Shown piece by piece: positions 1-11,410 of a stretch of 64,000 nt of DNA. This DNA is from an uncultured Chloroflexia bacterium. GTDB taxonomy: Bacteria > Chloroflexota > Limnocylindria > Limnocylindrales > CSP1-4. The position numbers and the translations under genes were made by a program. Positions within the stretch are counted from its first letter, which is position 1, and each line of letters starts with the position of its first letter. The stretch lies in contig CAVORC010000030.1 in the NCBI GenBank assembly GCA_963698505.1, positions 3,401-67,400 on the forward strand, in the 5' to 3' direction. The notes under the pieces were generated by a model. It searched no databases. It was not told the DNA's origin and was given only the letters and a program-made list of their open reading frames with translations.

Positions 1-2
1 GC

Positions 3-122
3 CTGGTCACGCTGGCGCAGATGGCGGATGTCTACCCTGCGGTCGCGGCGGCGATGGACGGTGGCCGTTGGACACGCGCCGCGGAAGAGGCCCTCATCGC
101 GACGGCCGGCGCGGTGGCATGA
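3..122 (+). CDS. 3' end of an upstream gene (partial, product unknown)
   Basis: Open frame LVTLAQMADVYPAV...AGAVA* whose TGA overlaps the DeoR ATG (ATGA at 119-122). Confidence 0.4.
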   Translation: MVTLAQMADVYPAVAAAMDGGRWTRAAEEALIATAGAVA

Positions 123-922
123 CCTCCCCGAGCGCGGCGGCCACGGGCGGCGCATTCGCCGGCGAGCGGCAGCGCGAGATCGGCCGCATCGTCGAGGAGC
201 AGGGCCGCGCGCGCGTGGCCGAGCTGGCCGCGCGCTTCGGGGTCTCGCAGGTGACCATCCGCAAGGATCTCGAGGTGCTCGCCGAGGCGGACCGTGTCAT
301 CCGCACGCACGGCGGCGCCATCGCCGTGCGCATGCGTCGCGGCGACATCGCCTTCGAGGTGCGCGACCGCCAGCAGCGCGCGGAGAAGGCCGCCATCGGA
401 GCACTGGCCGCGGCGCAGGTCAGCGACGGGGAGTCGATCGTCCTCGACGCCAGCACCACCGGCCTGTACCTGGCCCGGGAGCTGCTGCGGCGCGAGGCCT
501 GGCACGGTCTCACCGTCGTCACCAACAGCATCCACGCGGCCACCGCCCTGGCGGGCCGTGCGGACATCACCGTGCTGCTCATGGGCGGCCGCGTGCGCAG
601 CTCGCTCTCGGTCGTGGGGCAGCTGGGCGACGCGGTGTTCGACCGGGTCAACGTCCAGAAGGCCTTCCTCAGCGCAGCTGGCTTCTCCCTTGAAGAGGGG
701 CTCACCGAGGCGCGCGAGGAAGAGGCACAGATCAAGCGCGCGATGGTGGCCGCGGCCAACGAGGTCTACGCCATCATCGACCACAGCAAATGGGGGCGAG
801 TCGCCTCGGCGACGTTCTGCGATGTCGAGGGCCTGGCGCGCGTCTTCACCGACGCCGCCGCACCGGCCGACATGGTCGCATCGCTCCAGGGGATGGGCAT
901 CGAGGTGACGCAGCATGGCTGA
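119..922 (+). CDS. DeoR/GlpR-family transcriptional regulator
   Basis: HTH ELAARFGVSQVTIRKDL, RTHGGA, sugar-binding domain LDASTT and IIDHSKWG. Start chosen at ATG 119. Confidence 0.93.
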   Translation: MTSPSAAATGGAFAGERQREIGRIVEEQGRARVAELAARFGVSQVTIRKDLEVLAEADRVIRTHGGAIAVRMRRGDIAFEVRDRQQRAEKAAIGALAAAQVSDGESIVLDASTTGLYLARELLRREAWHGLTVVTNSIHAATALAGRADITVLLMGGRVRSSLSVVGQLGDAVFDRVNVQKAFLSAAGFSLEEGLTEAREEEAQIKRAMVAAANEVYAIIDHSKWGRVASATFCDVEGLARVFTDAAAPADMVASLQGMGIEVTQHG

Positions 923-2394
923 TCGGGGACTTCGTTACGTGGCGCTGGACTTCGGCGCGGAGAGCGGACGCACCATCGTGGGCCGCTTCGACGGCGACCA
1001 GCTCAGCATCGAGCCGGTGCATCGCTATGCCAACACGCCGGTGCGCCTGGGCGGCACGCTGTACTGGGACTTCGCGCGGCAGTTCCACGACATCCTCAGC
1101 GGCATGGGCAAGGCAGCCGAGGGCGGGCCGGTGCACTCGGTGTCGGTCGACACCTGGGGCGTGGACTACGGCTTCATCGACGCCCGCGGACGGCTCATGG
1201 CCAACCCCGTCCACTACCGCGACACGCGCCACGAGAAGATGCCCGAGGTGGCCTTCTCCATGGTGCCGCGTGACGAGATCTACATGGCCACGGGCATCCA
1301 GTTCATGTCCATCAACACGCTCTTCCAGCTGCTCAGCGAGGTGCAGGCGCACGACCCCATCCTCGAGCGGGCAGACAAGCTGCTGATGATGCCCGACCTC
1401 TTCAACCACTTCCTGTGTGGCTCCGACGTGGCCGAGTACACCGAGGCCACCACGGGCCAGACGCTGGACCCCTGGACCCACGACTGGGCTCGGCCGCTCT
1501 TCGACCGTCTGGGCATCCCCACCCACTTCCTGCCGCAGATCGTGGAGCCCGGCACCGTGCTGGGTCCGCTGCTCAAGGAGGTCGCCGAGGCCACCGGCTG
1601 TGGCGACGCGCGGGTGGTGGCCGGCGCCTCGCACGACACGCCATCGGCCGTGGCGGCCATCCCGCTGGCGGGACCATCGACCGCGTACATCTCGTCGGGC
1701 ACCTGGTCGCTGGTGGGCCTGGAGGTGCACGACCCGGTGGTCAACGAGGCGCTCGCTGGCGGCCAACCTCACCAACGAGGGCGGCTACGGCGGCACCATC
1801 ACGCTGCTGCGCAACGTCATGGGCCTGTGGCTGGTGCAGCAGAGCCGCAAGGCGCTGTGGCCGGGAGACGACGCCCCCTCGTACGCCGAGATCTGCGAGC
1901 TGGCCGAGCAGGGCACGCCCGGGACGGCGTTCGTCGATCCCGACGACTCGCGCTTCCTGTGGCCCGGCGACATGCCCACGCGCATCCGCGAGTTCTGCGC
2001 CGAGACGGGCCAGCCGGTCCCGCAGGAGACGACGACGCTGTGGCGCGTCATCTTCGATTCGCTGGCGCTCAAGTACGACTGGGTGGTGAACCGGCTGGGC
2101 GCCGTCACCGGCCGTGACATCGACCAGATCCACATCGTCGGTGGCGGCTCGCAGAACGAGCTGCTGTGCCAGATCACCGCCGACGTCAGCGGCCGCGAGG
2201 TGGTGGCCGGACCGGTGGAGGCCACGGCCATCGGCAACATCGCCATCCAGGCCATCACCGCCGGTGAGCTGCGCGACCTGGCACAGGCGCGCGAGCTCAT
2301 CGCGCGCTCGTTCCCGATGAAGACGTACGAGCCGTCGGGCGACTGGTCCGAGGCCCGCGGACGGTTCGCGGAGCTGCTCTCGTCGCAGGGGTAG
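915..2394 (+). CDS. rhaB: Rhamnulokinase-family sugar kinase (frameshift near 1752)
   Basis: ALDFGAESGR, DTWGVDY, HDTPSAV and YISSGTWSLVG in one frame; NLTNEGG, HIVGGGSQN and GPVEATAIGN in the next frame. Confidence 0.88.
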
Positions 2395-2458
2395 GCCGTA
2401 GACTCAGAGCACATGGCACGCCCCGCATGCGCGGGGCCCTGAGGGGAAGGACGGATCG

Positions 2459-3332
2459 ATGAACAAGTTCGGAGTGCACGCGCTCGTATGGTCGGGCAGC
2501 TGGGGAGCCAAGGAGTGCGAATACGCCATCTCCAGCACCCGCGAGGCCGGCTACGACCTCATCGAGCTGCCGGCCTTCTCGCCGGCGGAGATGGACATCC
2601 CCGCCATCCAGAAGGCGCTCGAGGCACACGAGGTGGAGGTGACCTGCTCGCTGGGCCTCGGCTTCGACAACGACATCAACAGCGAGGATCCCGAGTCGGT
2701 CGCGCGCGGCGAGCAGACGCTCAACGACGCCCTCTCGATGGTCCGTGACATCGGCGGCACGTACCTCGGCGGCGTCATCTTCAGCGCCCTCGGCCCCTAC
2801 ACCACGGTGCTCGACACCGAAGTGCCGCGAGAACTCGCAGGCGGTCATCGGCCGACTGGCCGAGCGGGCCAAGGCCTCGGGCATCACCGTCGGCCTGGAG
2901 TTCGTCAACCGCTACGAATCGAACCTGCTGAACACCTCGGCCCAGACCGCGGCGTACATCCGCGAGATGGACTCGGACAACCTCGTCGTCCACCTCGACT
3001 CGTACCACATGAACATCGAGGAGAACAACTTCCGCGACCCGGTCTTCGACGCCGGCGACCTGCTGGGCTACGTCCACATCGGCGAGAACCATCGCGGCTA
3101 CCTGGGCCAGGGCCACGTCAACTTCCCCGAGTTGTTCCGGGCCCTGGTCGACGCCGACTACGACGGCGTCATCACCTTCGAGTCGTTCAGCTCCAAGGTG
3201 GTCGACGACAACCTCACCACCATCCTGCGCATCTGGCGCGACATGTGGGACAACAGCATGGACCTGGCGGTGCAGGCACGCCGCTACATGGGCGAGGAGA
3301 TGGCCAAGGCGGCCGCTGCCGCCGGCAAGTAG
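2459..3332 (+). CDS. Sugar epimerase/isomerase, D-psicose/D-tagatose 3-epimerase family (frameshift near 2810)
   Basis: N-part GYDLIEL...SLGL; C-part LEFVNRYE, HLDSYHMNIEE, HIGENHRG, TFESF in another frame. Confidence 0.85.
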
Positions 3333-3397
3333 CGGCCCGGCCCGCACCTCCGGGCCTGTCGCCGGGGGTGACGCGCCAGGGGAAGGAGCACCCAACG

Positions 3398-4498
3398 ATG
3401 AACTCACGAGAGCGTGTGCAGCGCGCGCTACGCCGCGACGGGCTGCCCGACCGCGTCCCCCTCCAGTTCGACCTGTCACGCCCGCTGCTGGAGGCCTTCA
3501 GCCAGAAGCTGGACATCCCCATCGGCTGGCAGCCCAACTACTACGAGGACCTCAAGTACCGCACCTCCGGCAACGAGATCCGCGTGGCCATGGGCAGCGA
3601 CTGCGTGCTCGTCGGCGGCGGCGTCCCGAGCGGCTACGAGCCCGAGCAGACCGACGATGGCTGCATCGTCAACGAGTTCGGCATGAAGATGAAGATGGGC
3701 ATCGCCTGGTACGACGTGGTCGAGGGCCCGCTGGAGTCCTGCACCAGCGTGCAGGAGGTCAGGGACCTGCCCTTCCCCGATCCGACCGACGAGGCTCGCT
3801 TCGAGGACGCCCGGCGCTACATCGAGCAGTACCGGGACGACTACTTCATCATCGGCGACGTCGAGCTGACGATGTTCGAGATGGCCTGGCACATGACCGG
3901 GCTGCAGAAGTTCATGACCGACATGGCCATGGGCGAGCCCTACATCGAGACCCTCATCGACCGCACCATGGGCTGGTCGGTCGCCATCGGCAAGCGGCTC
4001 GTGGAGCTGGGCGTCGACGGCATCTGGACGGGTGACGATTTCGGGGCCCAGAACGGCATGATGATCTCGCCCGACATGTGGCGCAGGATCTTCAAGCCGC
4101 GTATGGCCGAGGTCTTCCGGGAGTTCCGCTCGGTCAACCCCGACGTCGTTGTCATGTACCACTGCGACGGGGCCATCGCGCCCATCCTCGACGATCTCAT
4201 CGAGATCGGCCTGGACGTCTTCAACCCGGTGCAGCCGGACGTGCCCGGACACGAGCCGCACGAGCTCAAGGCGAGGTTCGGCGACCGCCTCTCGTTCTGG
4301 GGTGCCATCGACCAGCAGCACCTGCTGCCCAACGGCACGCCGGAGGAGATCGAGGCCGACGTCAAGGCCAAGATCGAGGCCCTCGGCTCCGGTGGCGGCT
4401 ACATGGTCGCGCCGGCCCACATCCTCCAGGGCGACACGCCGCTGGAGAACGTCGAGGCGTTCATCGAGGCGGCCAGGAAGCACGGCGTCTACGGCTGA
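3398..4498 (+). CDS. Uroporphyrinogen decarboxylase (URO-D)/MtaA-like family protein
   Basis: AAGGAG RBS; MNSRERV, PDRVP, GDDFGAQ, YHCDG, NPVQP, WGAID, GYMVAPAH motifs. Confidence 0.85.
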   Translation: MNSRERVQRALRRDGLPDRVPLQFDLSRPLLEAFSQKLDIPIGWQPNYYEDLKYRTSGNEIRVAMGSDCVLVGGGVPSGYEPEQTDDGCIVNEFGMKMKMGIAWYDVVEGPLESCTSVQEVRDLPFPDPTDEARFEDARRYIEQYRDDYFIIGDVELTMFEMAWHMTGLQKFMTDMAMGEPYIETLIDRTMGWSVAIGKRLVELGVDGIWTGDDFGAQNGMMISPDMWRRIFKPRMAEVFREFRSVNPDVVVMYHCDGAIAPILDDLIEIGLDVFNPVQPDVPGHEPHELKARFGDRLSFWGAIDQQHLLPNGTPEEIEADVKAKIEALGSGGGYMVAPAHILQGDTPLENVEAFIEAARKHGVYG

Positions 4499-4520
4499 GC
4501 ATCACGGCGCCTGCAGGAAC

Positions 4521-4561
4521 ATGAAACGGCCCCCGAGCCGCCGAAGCGGACCGGGGGCCGT
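4521..4561 (-). terminator. Intrinsic terminator-like hairpin between convergent genes
   Basis: acggccccc...gggggccgt inverted repeat with a short T run on the minus strand. Confidence 0.55.
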
Positions 4562-4576
4562 GGCTCGGGTCGCGGG

Positions 4577-5653
4577 TCAGCCGGCGGCTGCCTCGACGTT
4601 CTCGGCGGTGTACACGGTGAATGGGCCCATGAGCACGCGGAGGGCACCCTCCACGTCCGGTCGGGTCGGGTCCGCGGTGATCTCGAAGACCGTCTTCCCG
4701 TTGACCTCGCGGCCGATCTCGAAGGTCTCACCCGCCACGCCCTCGAGCGCGCCGGTGGCGAGCAGGTAGGAGACGTAGTAGGTCAGGTAGCCCAGGTCCA
4801 CGAAGGACCACAGCGCGAACTCGGGCGCGCAGCCGTTCATGGTGAAGTCGACCATCTCGCTGGGAAGACCCAGGCCGGAGACGGCGATGTCCTCGCACAG
4901 GCCCTCGTCCTGCATGGCCTTGGCGGCCGCGGCGATGCCCACGGTGGTGGGGGCCATGATGACTTCGAGGTCGGGGTACTTGTCGGCGAGCGCGATGGCG
5001 GCCGCGTAGCTGTCCTCGGACTTGTCGTTGCCGTACACGGTCTCGACGTTGACGATGCCCTCGTACTTGGGGTCGCTGGCGAGCGCTTCCTCGTAGGCGG
5101 CGATCCACGCGTTCTGGTTGGCCGCATCGGGGGACGCCGAGACGATGCCGACCTCACCGCCGTCTCCGCCGGTCAGCGACAGGGCCATGTCGGCCATGGT
5201 CTTGCCCATGTCGTTGAAGTCGACCTGGGCCACGAAGACCGATTCTCCCTCGGCCGAGGGGATGGGCGAGTCCCAGGTCACGACCTTGGTGCCGGCTTCC
5301 TGGGCCGCCGCCGCCACGGGCGCGATCTGGTCACCGGCGTTGTTCGAGAGCATGACCACGTCGAAACCCTGGGTGGGTGCGTTGGTCACGATCTCGATCT
5401 GGCCGGCGACGCTGTTGTCGGCGGTCGGGCCGGTGAAGGTCAACTCGGTCGGGTTGCCCAGCTCGGCGGCCGCCTCCATCGCACCCTCGTTGGCCTGGTC
5501 GAACACGATGATGCCCAGGAACTTGGGCAGCAGCAGCATGTTGACGTCCTGGCCCGGCTCCGCCTGGACGGGATCCTGGGCCGCGACGGGGCCTGCCACG
5601 CCAGTGACGGTCAGGGCCAGGGCGGTCGCGACGGCAAGCGTCGACTTTCGCAT
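4577..5653 (-). CDS. Sugar ABC transporter substrate-binding protein (rhamnose RhaS-like)
   Basis: Signal peptide; [46 protein letters not shown]. Confidence 0.88.
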   Translation of the reverse strand: MRKSTLAVATALALTVTGVAGPVAAQDPVQAEPGQDVNMLLLPKFLGIIVFDQANEGAMEAAAELGNPTELTFTGPTADNSVAGQIEIVTNAPTQGFDVVMLSNNAGDQIAPVAAAAQEAGTKVVTWDSPIPSAEGESVFVAQVDFNDMGKTMADMALSLTGGDGGEVGIVSASPDAANQNAWIAAYEEALASDPKYEGIVNVETVYGNDKSEDSYAAAIALADKYPDLEVIMAPTTVGIAAAAKAMQDEGLCEDIAVSGLGLPSEMVDFTMNGCAPEFALWSFVDLGYLTYYVSYLLATGALEGVAGETFEIGREVNGKTVFEITADPTRPDVEGALRVLMGPFTVYTAENVEAAAG

Positions 5654-5755
5654 GGGCTTCCTCCTCCTAGAGGCTATTCCCCCTCGGGCGGATGCCCGAG
5701 TGATAGGGCCAATCCTACGGCGCCGCCGGGGCCAGCGCCAGCCATCGAGGCATCG

Positions 5756-6850
5756 TCATGAGGTATCGCGTCCGCTGTTGGAACCCGCGGCACGCGCCGC
5801 CTGGGCGGCCCGTGCCAGGGATCGTCGACGAGCCCAGCCTTGGTAGGACTCGATCATGTTGGGCAGCAGCACCGAGAGGATCAGCAGCAGGCCGATGACG
5901 CCCGTCTGCGTGTGTCCGGGCACGTTGTTGAGCCCCAGGCCATTGCGGATGTTGAGCACCAGCATGGTGGAGAGGAAGACGCCCAGCATCGTGCCGGAGC
6001 CACCGAAGATGCTCACGCCGCCCAGGAGCACGATGGTGATGATGTCCAGCTCCCAGCCGAACGCGGTGCTGCCGCGGACGGCACCGAGGTGCGAGGCCAC
6101 CAGCACGCCGGCGATGGCCGCGGTCATGGCGCTGATGACCATGATGGCCATCTTGTGGCGGGTCACCGCCACGCCCGAGTAGCGAGCCACGTCCTTGCTA
6201 CTGCCGATGACGTAGGTGCGCCGGCCGAACCCCGATCTGCCCAGCACCACCGCTGCCAGCACGAGCAGACCGGCGTAGACGAACATGGCGAAGGGCACGC
6301 GGTCGATGACGGGGATGGCGTCGAGCACGCCCACGAACTCGCGAAGCGGCTGCTGGCCGATGTCCTCGAACCAGGTGGGGAAGGCCGAGTCGGCGTTGCC
6401 CACCGAGCGCCCTTCGATGAGCATGAAGGCCAGGCCCCGGAAGCCGATGAGGCCCGCCAGCGTGACGACCAGGGAGGGCAGGCCCACGATGGCTACCCAG
6501 AACCCGTTGAAGAGCCCGATGCCCAGACCGGCCAGCAGGGCCAGGATGATGCCCAGCTCGATCGGCAGGCCGGCCTCCCAGACCACGGCCACGATGACCG
6601 AGGCCAGCCCCATGACCGAGGCCACCGAGAGGTCGATCTCGCCGTTGATGATGACGAAGGTCATGGCCAGCACGACGATGGCTCGCTCGATGCTGATCCA
6701 CCACAGGTTGACCTGGTTCTGGCTGCCGGCATAACCGGGCGCGGCCACCGCGTTGAGGGCGATGACGACGACGAGGATGACCAGCAACAGCCCTTCCCAG
6801 GAACGCAGGCGACCCACGAAACGGTCGAGGGTGGTGGGGGCGCTATCCAT
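5756..6850 (-). CDS. Sugar ABC transporter permease
   Basis: GEIDLSVAS, ELDIITIVLLGGVSIFGGSG; start at MDSAPTT. Confidence 0.9.
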   Translation of the reverse strand: MDSAPTTLDRFVGRLRSWEGLLLVILVVVIALNAVAAPGYAGSQNQVNLWWISIERAIVVLAMTFVIINGEIDLSVASVMGLASVIVAVVWEAGLPIELGIILALLAGLGIGLFNGFWVAIVGLPSLVVTLAGLIGFRGLAFMLIEGRSVGNADSAFPTWFEDIGQQPLREFVGVLDAIPVIDRVPFAMFVYAGLLVLAAVVLGRSGFGRRTYVIGSSKDVARYSGVAVTRHKMAIMVISAMTAAIAGVLVASHLGAVRGSTAFGWELDIITIVLLGGVSIFGGSGTMLGVFLSTMLVLNIRNGLGLNNVPGHTQTGVIGLLLILSVLLPNMIESYQGWARRRSLARAAQAARAAGSNSGRDTS

Positions 6851-7907
6851 GGCCATCTCCCGCCGGCACCGGCGGCGGGCCGTCCCTGGCCACGTCCCGG
6901 CGCTGGGCTCGCAGCCACACCTTCTGCAGGCGCTTGTTGACCACCACGTCGCCGGCCACGGCCAGCAGGATGAGCATGCCCAAGAGGAAGTCGCGCGCGA
7001 AGTCGCTGATACCGATCCAGCGGGCCAGCGAGAGGTCCAGCAGCGCGATGAGGATCGCGCCGAGCATGACACCGATGGCCGAGCCCGAGCCGCCGAAGAT
7101 GTTGGCGCCGCCCACGACCACGGCCGCGATGACCGCCATCTCAAGGCCCCGTGCCGAATCCACGGTGATGGTGCCGAACTTGGCCATCTGCATGAGGCCG
7201 CCGAGGCCTGCCAGCGCGCCGCAGCCGAGGTAGGCCAGGAACACATCGCGTTGCTTGGGCAGCCCGACCATGGCGGCGGCATCAGGGTTGGAGCCGATGG
7301 CGTAGAGCCGGCGGCCGTAGGGCAGGTACGCCAGCAACAGCTGCACCAGCAGGACGACCGCCAGCGCCATCACGAAGATGAGCCGGACGTCCACGTTGCC
7401 AAGATCGAGCAGCGTGGCGCTGGGGAAGCTGACGATCCAGTCGGGGAGGCCGCGCGTCTCGATCGTCTGGGCATTGGCCATGGTGATGAGGAAGGAGCGG
7501 TAGATGGCCAGCGTGGCGAGCGTGGTGATGATGGCCGGCACACGGCCGTAGGAGACGATCACGCCGTTGATGGCACCCATGACCACGCCCATGCCCATCG
7601 CCATGGCCACGAGCAGGATGGGGTTGATGTCCGGCGCCTGGGTAGCGATGTAGCCGGTGGACCAGGCCACCAGGGCCACCTGGGAGCCGACCGAGAGGTC
7701 GAGATTGCGGGTCAGTACCACCAGCAGCTGGCCGACGGCGACCACGGCGATGATGGGGAACTCGGTGCTGACGCGGTTGAACGTGCGACCCGACAGATAG
7801 CCTTCGATCTGCGTCGAGAAGAAGACGATGATGCCGATGATGATCAGGAGCGTGATGAGCTCGCGGACCTGGCTCGGGCGCAGACGCCGCAGGATGGCGT
7901 CGGTCAT
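6843..7907 (-). CDS. Sugar ABC transporter permease
   Basis: RNLDLSVGS, GRRLYAIGSN, VIAAVVVGGANIFGGSG. Confidence 0.9.
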   Translation of the reverse strand: MTDAILRRLRPSQVRELITLLIIIGIIVFFSTQIEGYLSGRTFNRVSTEFPIIAVVAVGQLLVVLTRNLDLSVGSQVALVAWSTGYIATQAPDINPILLVAMAMGMGVVMGAINGVIVSYGRVPAIITTLATLAIYRSFLITMANAQTIETRGLPDWIVSFPSATLLDLGNVDVRLIFVMALAVVLLVQLLLAYLPYGRRLYAIGSNPDAAAMVGLPKQRDVFLAYLGCGALAGLGGLMQMAKFGTITVDSARGLEMAVIAAVVVGGANIFGGSGSAIGVMLGAILIALLDLSLARWIGISDFARDFLLGMLILLAVAGDVVVNKRLQKVWLRAQRRDVARDGPPPVPAGDGHG

Positions 7908-7926
7908 GCCGAGACCGTGCCGGCGG

Positions 7927-9546
7927 TCATGCGGTGGCCCTGCCGGCGAGTGCATTCGGCTCGACCTGGCCCATGGCCAGCGTGAGGACCGCTTCCTGGG
8001 TCGCGCCCGTGCTGTCGATGAGGTCCATCTGGCGGCCTTCACGCATGACCAGGATGCGATCGCTCATGGGCAGCAGCTCCGGCAGGTCGGAGCTGATGAG
8101 GATGATGGCGATACCTTCCTTGACCAGCTCGTCGATGAGGTGATGGACCTCCACCTTGGCGCCCACGTCGATGCCCCGGGTAGGCTCGTCGAGGATGAGG
8201 ATGCGGGGCTTCGTGTCGAGCCACTTCGATAGCACGACCTTCTGCTGGTTACCGCCGGAGAGCGATGAGGCCGGTGTGTCCACGCTGGGGGCACGGATGG
8301 AGAGGCGCTCCCGGAAATCGACCGCGGTGGCGCGCTCGAGCGCCGTGCGGATGAGGCCGAAGCGACCGAGGTAGCGGTCAAGCGAGGGCAGAGTGATGTT
8401 GGCGGTGATGGACTGGTTGAAGATGAGGCCGTGGCCGCGCCGATCCTCCGTGGCGTAGGCGATGCCCAGGCGCATGGCGTCGTGCGGGCTCCCGATGCGC
8501 ACCTCCTGGCCATCGAGCAGGATGCGTCCCTGGTCCGCGGGGGCGATGCCGAAGAGAGCCAGGCCCACGTCCGTGCGTCGGGCGCCGACCAGGCCCGCGA
8601 ATCCCAGGACCTCACCTGCGCGCAGCTCGAAGTGAACGCCCTCGAAGGCCCCCTCCACGCCGAGCTGCTCGACCTGGAGGATGACCTCGCCCGGGTTCGA
8701 CTGGGTGCGTCGGTAGAACTCCACCACCTCGCGGCCGACCATCTGGCGGATGGCCTCGTCGATGGTCATCTGCGCGCGCGGGGTCGTGGAGATCCAGGCG
8801 CCGTCGCGCATGATGCTGATGCGGTCGGCCTGCTCGAAGACCTCCTCGAGCCGGTGCGAGATGAAGAGGATGGCCACGCCCTCCGCCTTGAGCCGGGAGA
8901 CGATCTCGAAGAGCCTGGCGACCTCGTGGGCCGAGAGCGAGGCGGTGGGCTCGTCCATGATCAGCACGCGTGTATTGAGCGAGAGCGCCTTGGCGATCTC
9001 CACCGTTTGCTGCTGGGCGAGCGTCAGCGTCGAGGCGGGCGCCTGCACGTCGAGGTCCACGTCGAGGCGACCCAGCACCTCCCTCGCCTCCTCGCGCATG
9101 CGGCCCTTGTGCACGATGCGGCCGCGGTCGCGATGGCCGATGAAGATGTTCTCGGCCACGGACAGGTCGGGAAAGACCATGGGTTCCTGGTAGATAGCCG
9201 CCACGGCGTACGTCTGGGCGTCGAAGGCATTGCCGATGTGGACCGGCTGGCCGTCGATGTGGATGTCACCGATGTCCGGCTGGACGACGCCGGTCATGAC
9301 CTTGATCAGTGTGGACTTGCCGGCACCGTTCTCGCCGAGCAGCGCGTGGATCTCACCGGGGTAGAGCTCGAGCGAGACGTCGTCGAGCGCCTGGATCTCA
9401 CCGAACCGCTTGGAGATCGCGCGCATCTCCATGACCGGCTGCCGGGCCGCTACCGGGGGAGCGGGGTCAACGTTCGATCCGGCTGCCGTCTGACCGTCCG
9501 TTGCCCCGAGCGGGTGGCTGGTGGCCTCTTCGTCTGGGCTCATCAT
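7927..9546 (-). CDS. Sugar ABC transporter ATP-binding protein (two NBDs)
   Basis: [35 protein letters not shown]. Start uncertain (9546 or 9432). Confidence 0.92.
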   Translation of the reverse strand: MMSPDEEATSHPLGATDGQTAAGSNVDPAPPVAARQPVMEMRAISKRFGEIQALDDVSLELYPGEIHALLGENGAGKSTLIKVMTGVVQPDIGDIHIDGQPVHIGNAFDAQTYAVAAIYQEPMVFPDLSVAENIFIGHRDRGRIVHKGRMREEAREVLGRLDVDLDVQAPASTLTLAQQQTVEIAKALSLNTRVLIMDEPTASLSAHEVARLFEIVSRLKAEGVAILFISHRLEEVFEQADRISIMRDGAWISTTPRAQMTIDEAIRQMVGREVVEFYRRTQSNPGEVILQVEQLGVEGAFEGVHFELRAGEVLGFAGLVGARRTDVGLALFGIAPADQGRILLDGQEVRIGSPHDAMRLGIAYATEDRRGHGLIFNQSITANITLPSLDRYLGRFGLIRTALERATAVDFRERLSIRAPSVDTPASSLSGGNQQKVVLSKWLDTKPRILILDEPTRGIDVGAKVEVHHLIDELVKEGIAIILISSDLPELLPMSDRILVMREGRQMDLIDSTGATQEAVLTLAMGQVEPNALAGRATA

Positions 9547-10104
9547 CCGAGCGAGGATAGCCGAGCACTGCGCCCCTCGAGAGCGAGTCGTGCAGCCCAC
9601 TCGGGTACGACCATGGGGTCGAGCGTGACGCCCGTGCAGCGCCACACCTGCGTTCGGTCATCGTCGGGGCCGCGGGCTGCGCCCTGTGCAGCCGGCTCAT
9701 GCTGTGTCCCGGCTCGGGCCCTGGCCGCGCCCTGTGCCCGGCTCATGCGGTGGGTGCCTGAGTCGACAGAGGCGCTCGACGTTCCAAGCCGGCGGGGCAT
9801 CGGGTGCGGGCGTGACCTGCCGCTTCAGTCCCAGCGAGCCTCGCGTGAGCATCGGCCCTATCGATCCAGCCATGGCGGGCATCGATGACCATGCCCTGCG
9901 CCGAGTGAGGCACCCGGGGCATCACCCTCCAATGGCCGCCTTGGGGAGCCTGGCAGGACACGCTCGGAGCAGCGCCCGCCTGGCATCCCATGTTGAGGTG
10001 GCGCTCCACGCTCATGCTGGCCTGGCGCCAGCCACCGACTCGCGCACGAACGGTGGCCTTGTCCATCGCCCGTCCGTGCCACCACTCACGGTCTGCCACA
10101 TGAA

Positions 10105-10137
10105 GACACCGGGGTGCCTCGATGGCACCCCGGCGTC
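10105..10137 (-). terminator. Hairpin downstream of the substrate-binding gene
   Basis: gacaccggggtgcc-tcgat-ggcaccccggcgtc near-perfect inverted repeat with a weak U tract. Confidence 0.5.
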
Positions 10138-10177
10138 GTTGGTCGCCGGACTCGCGGGGAGCACCCCGCGGAGGAGA

Positions 10178-11296
10178 CTAGAAGTCGAAGTCGCCGATGT
10201 TCTCGGCGTTGAAGACGAACGGGGCGCCCAGCAGCACTTCGCTGCCGTTGACGACCTGCAGCTCACCGAGCTTGCCAGCCATGACGCTGGTGTCGCCGGG
10301 GGCGAACTCGCCGTCCACGATGGCCCGGGTCACGTACACCGCGGCGTAGCCGAGGTCGACCGGGTTCCACAGCACGACGGACTGCACGCAGCCGTCCTCG
10401 ACATACGGTCGCATCGCGTTCGGGGTCGCAAGACCGACGACCGCGACTTCGCCGCACAGACCGGCCTGGGTGACCGCGTCGGCAGCCGCCGGGGTCGCCA
10501 CGGAGGTCATGCCAAAGATGCCGTCGATGTCCTCACCGTACTTGTTGAGGAGCGTCTGGGCCTGGCTGAATGACAGCGGGGTGTCTTCCTGGGCCTCGAG
10601 GGTCTCGAGCCAGGTCAGGTTCGGGTAGCACTGCGCAGCGTAGGCGGCCATCTCGGCGATCCAGCGCGCCTGGTTCGGCGTGGTGAAGGTCGAGGTGACG
10701 ATGCCGAAGGAGGCATCCTCGCCCTGCTCGGCGACGAGGCTGTCGATCATGGTCTTGCCGATGCCGTTGAACTCGGCCTGGTTGATGAACCACTCGCGAG
10801 CCTCGGGCACGGAGTTGGCGTCGTAGCCGACGACGTGGATGCCAGCCTCGAGGGCCTTGGTCAGCACGGGGCCGATGGCGACCGGGTCGTTGGCAGCGAA
10901 CAGCACGCCGTCCACGCCCTGCGTGATGTAGTTGTCGATGAAGGTGATCTGCTCATCGATGTTGGCAGCCGTGGGGCCGTCGTTGATGACCTCGACGTTG
11001 CCGAGCTCAGCGGCTGCTTCCTGCATGCCCGCGGCAGTGGCGTCGAAATAGCCGATGCCGATGAGCTTGGGGATGTCGACGAGCGTGATGTCCTGACCGG
11101 CCAGGTCTGCCGGGTTCACGGCGGTACCGCCGTCGTACTCGCCGGCATCGGCAGGAGGCGGGGCCTCGCCACCGGGGCAGGCCAGCGGGTTGGTCGGCAG
11201 CTCGTCGGCGCCGTCCCAGACGTCCTGAGCAGCCACCGCGCTCACGGACCCGATGGTCAGTGCGAGCGTGGTCAGAAGAACGATTGGCTTTCGCAT
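10178..11296 (-). CDS. ABC substrate-binding protein, AI-2 LsrB/rhamnose-like
   Basis: Signal peptide; IPKLIGIGYF, TTPNQARWI, GLATPNAM, VLWNPVDLGY. Confidence 0.88.
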   Translation of the reverse strand: MRKPIVLLTTLALTIGSVSAVAAQDVWDGADELPTNPLACPGGEAPPPADAGEYDGGTAVNPADLAGQDITLVDIPKLIGIGYFDATAAGMQEAAAELGNVEVINDGPTAANIDEQITFIDNYITQGVDGVLFAANDPVAIGPVLTKALEAGIHVVGYDANSVPEAREWFINQAEFNGIGKTMIDSLVAEQGEDASFGIVTSTFTTPNQARWIAEMAAYAAQCYPNLTWLETLEAQEDTPLSFSQAQTLLNKYGEDIDGIFGMTSVATPAAADAVTQAGLCGEVAVVGLATPNAMRPYVEDGCVQSVVLWNPVDLGYAAVYVTRAIVDGEFAPGDTSVMAGKLGELQVVNGSEVLLGAPFVFNAENIGDFDF

Positions 11297-11410
11297 CTTG
11301 CGGTTGGTCTCCTCCAGAGTGATCGACGTTGATACCGGTCCGCGACCCCTCGGGGCCGTCGCACGTTGGTCGCTGTCCGCGTCACCTCCTCTCCTGTGAG
11401 CATCGTAGCT

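Noticed and set aside
2459-4498. 679-aa ORF suggesting an epimerase::URO-D fusion
   Set aside because: The middle is the off-frame reading of the epimerase after an indel; the URO-D gene has its own RBS and ATG at 3398.
9600-10100. ORFs in the gap between the two ABC operons
   Set aside because: No recognisable motifs or RBS; composition is typical of spurious high-GC frames.
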